Of a stretch of 64,000 nucleotides of DNA, positions 63,905 to 64,000 are shown in pieces (position 1 is the stretch's first letter; every line of letters begins with the position of its first letter). Location of the stretch: the NCBI GenBank assembly GCA_951406725.2, contig OX597836.1, positions 31,124,001 through 31,188,000 of the forward strand, given 5' to 3'. A program made the translations under genes and the position numbers. This DNA comes from Octopus vulgaris. Taxonomy: Eukaryota. Under the pieces are notes generated by a model that saw only the letters and a program-made list of their open reading frames with translations, was not told where the DNA came from and made no database searches.

Positions 63905-64000
63905 GCCAACAAACAAGATGAGGAAAAATATGTGTCAAAAGTAAATAATGTATTTTGTAAATTAGTTCATTAATTGATTGATTGATTTGTTCATCTATTG

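Larger units (their letters stand above)
63003..63955 (-). mobile_element. tRNA-headed hammerhead SINE-like element with an inverted tail copy, interrupted by an RTE 3' end (63203-63730, +)
   Basis: Head at 63740-63812, tail at 63003-63190, inverted tail at 63823-63955. Confidence 0.8.

Overview
This is eukaryotic, AT-rich, microsatellite- and SINE-dense DNA. The repeat families look like those of a coleoid cephalopod (Octopus-type), which is an inference. Two spliced + strand genes were reconstructed from GT-AG sites and exon phases. The first is the last five coding exons of a TBC1D2B-like Rab-GAP (1417-12277, stop included). The second is the first six coding exons of a crotonase/enoyl-CoA hydratase-family gene with a probable mitochondrial presequence (45534-61095, last exon beyond the window). 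Most ORF-track entries are artefacts of microsatellites, SINEs and LINE relics. Other features are a 5S rRNA pseudogene, tRNA-derived SINEs, RTE/CR1/Dong-like LINE fragments, a Penelope-like (GIY-YIG) relic, mariner/maT relics, several MITEs and Helitron fragments. The most notable signal is a set of type I hammerhead-ribozyme motifs in at least three unrelated repeat families: a tRNA-headed SINE-like element with a hammerhead tail and a Penelope-style inverted tail copy (~60.0 kb and 63.0-63.95 kb), a ~330-bp retrozyme-like repeat (9.1, 10.7, 23.9, 24.7 kb), and a near-canonical GUC hammerhead inside a long hairpin (29.9 kb). Many long fold-back insertions also occur. Ribozyme activity and family identities are predictions from manual inspection; no searches were run.
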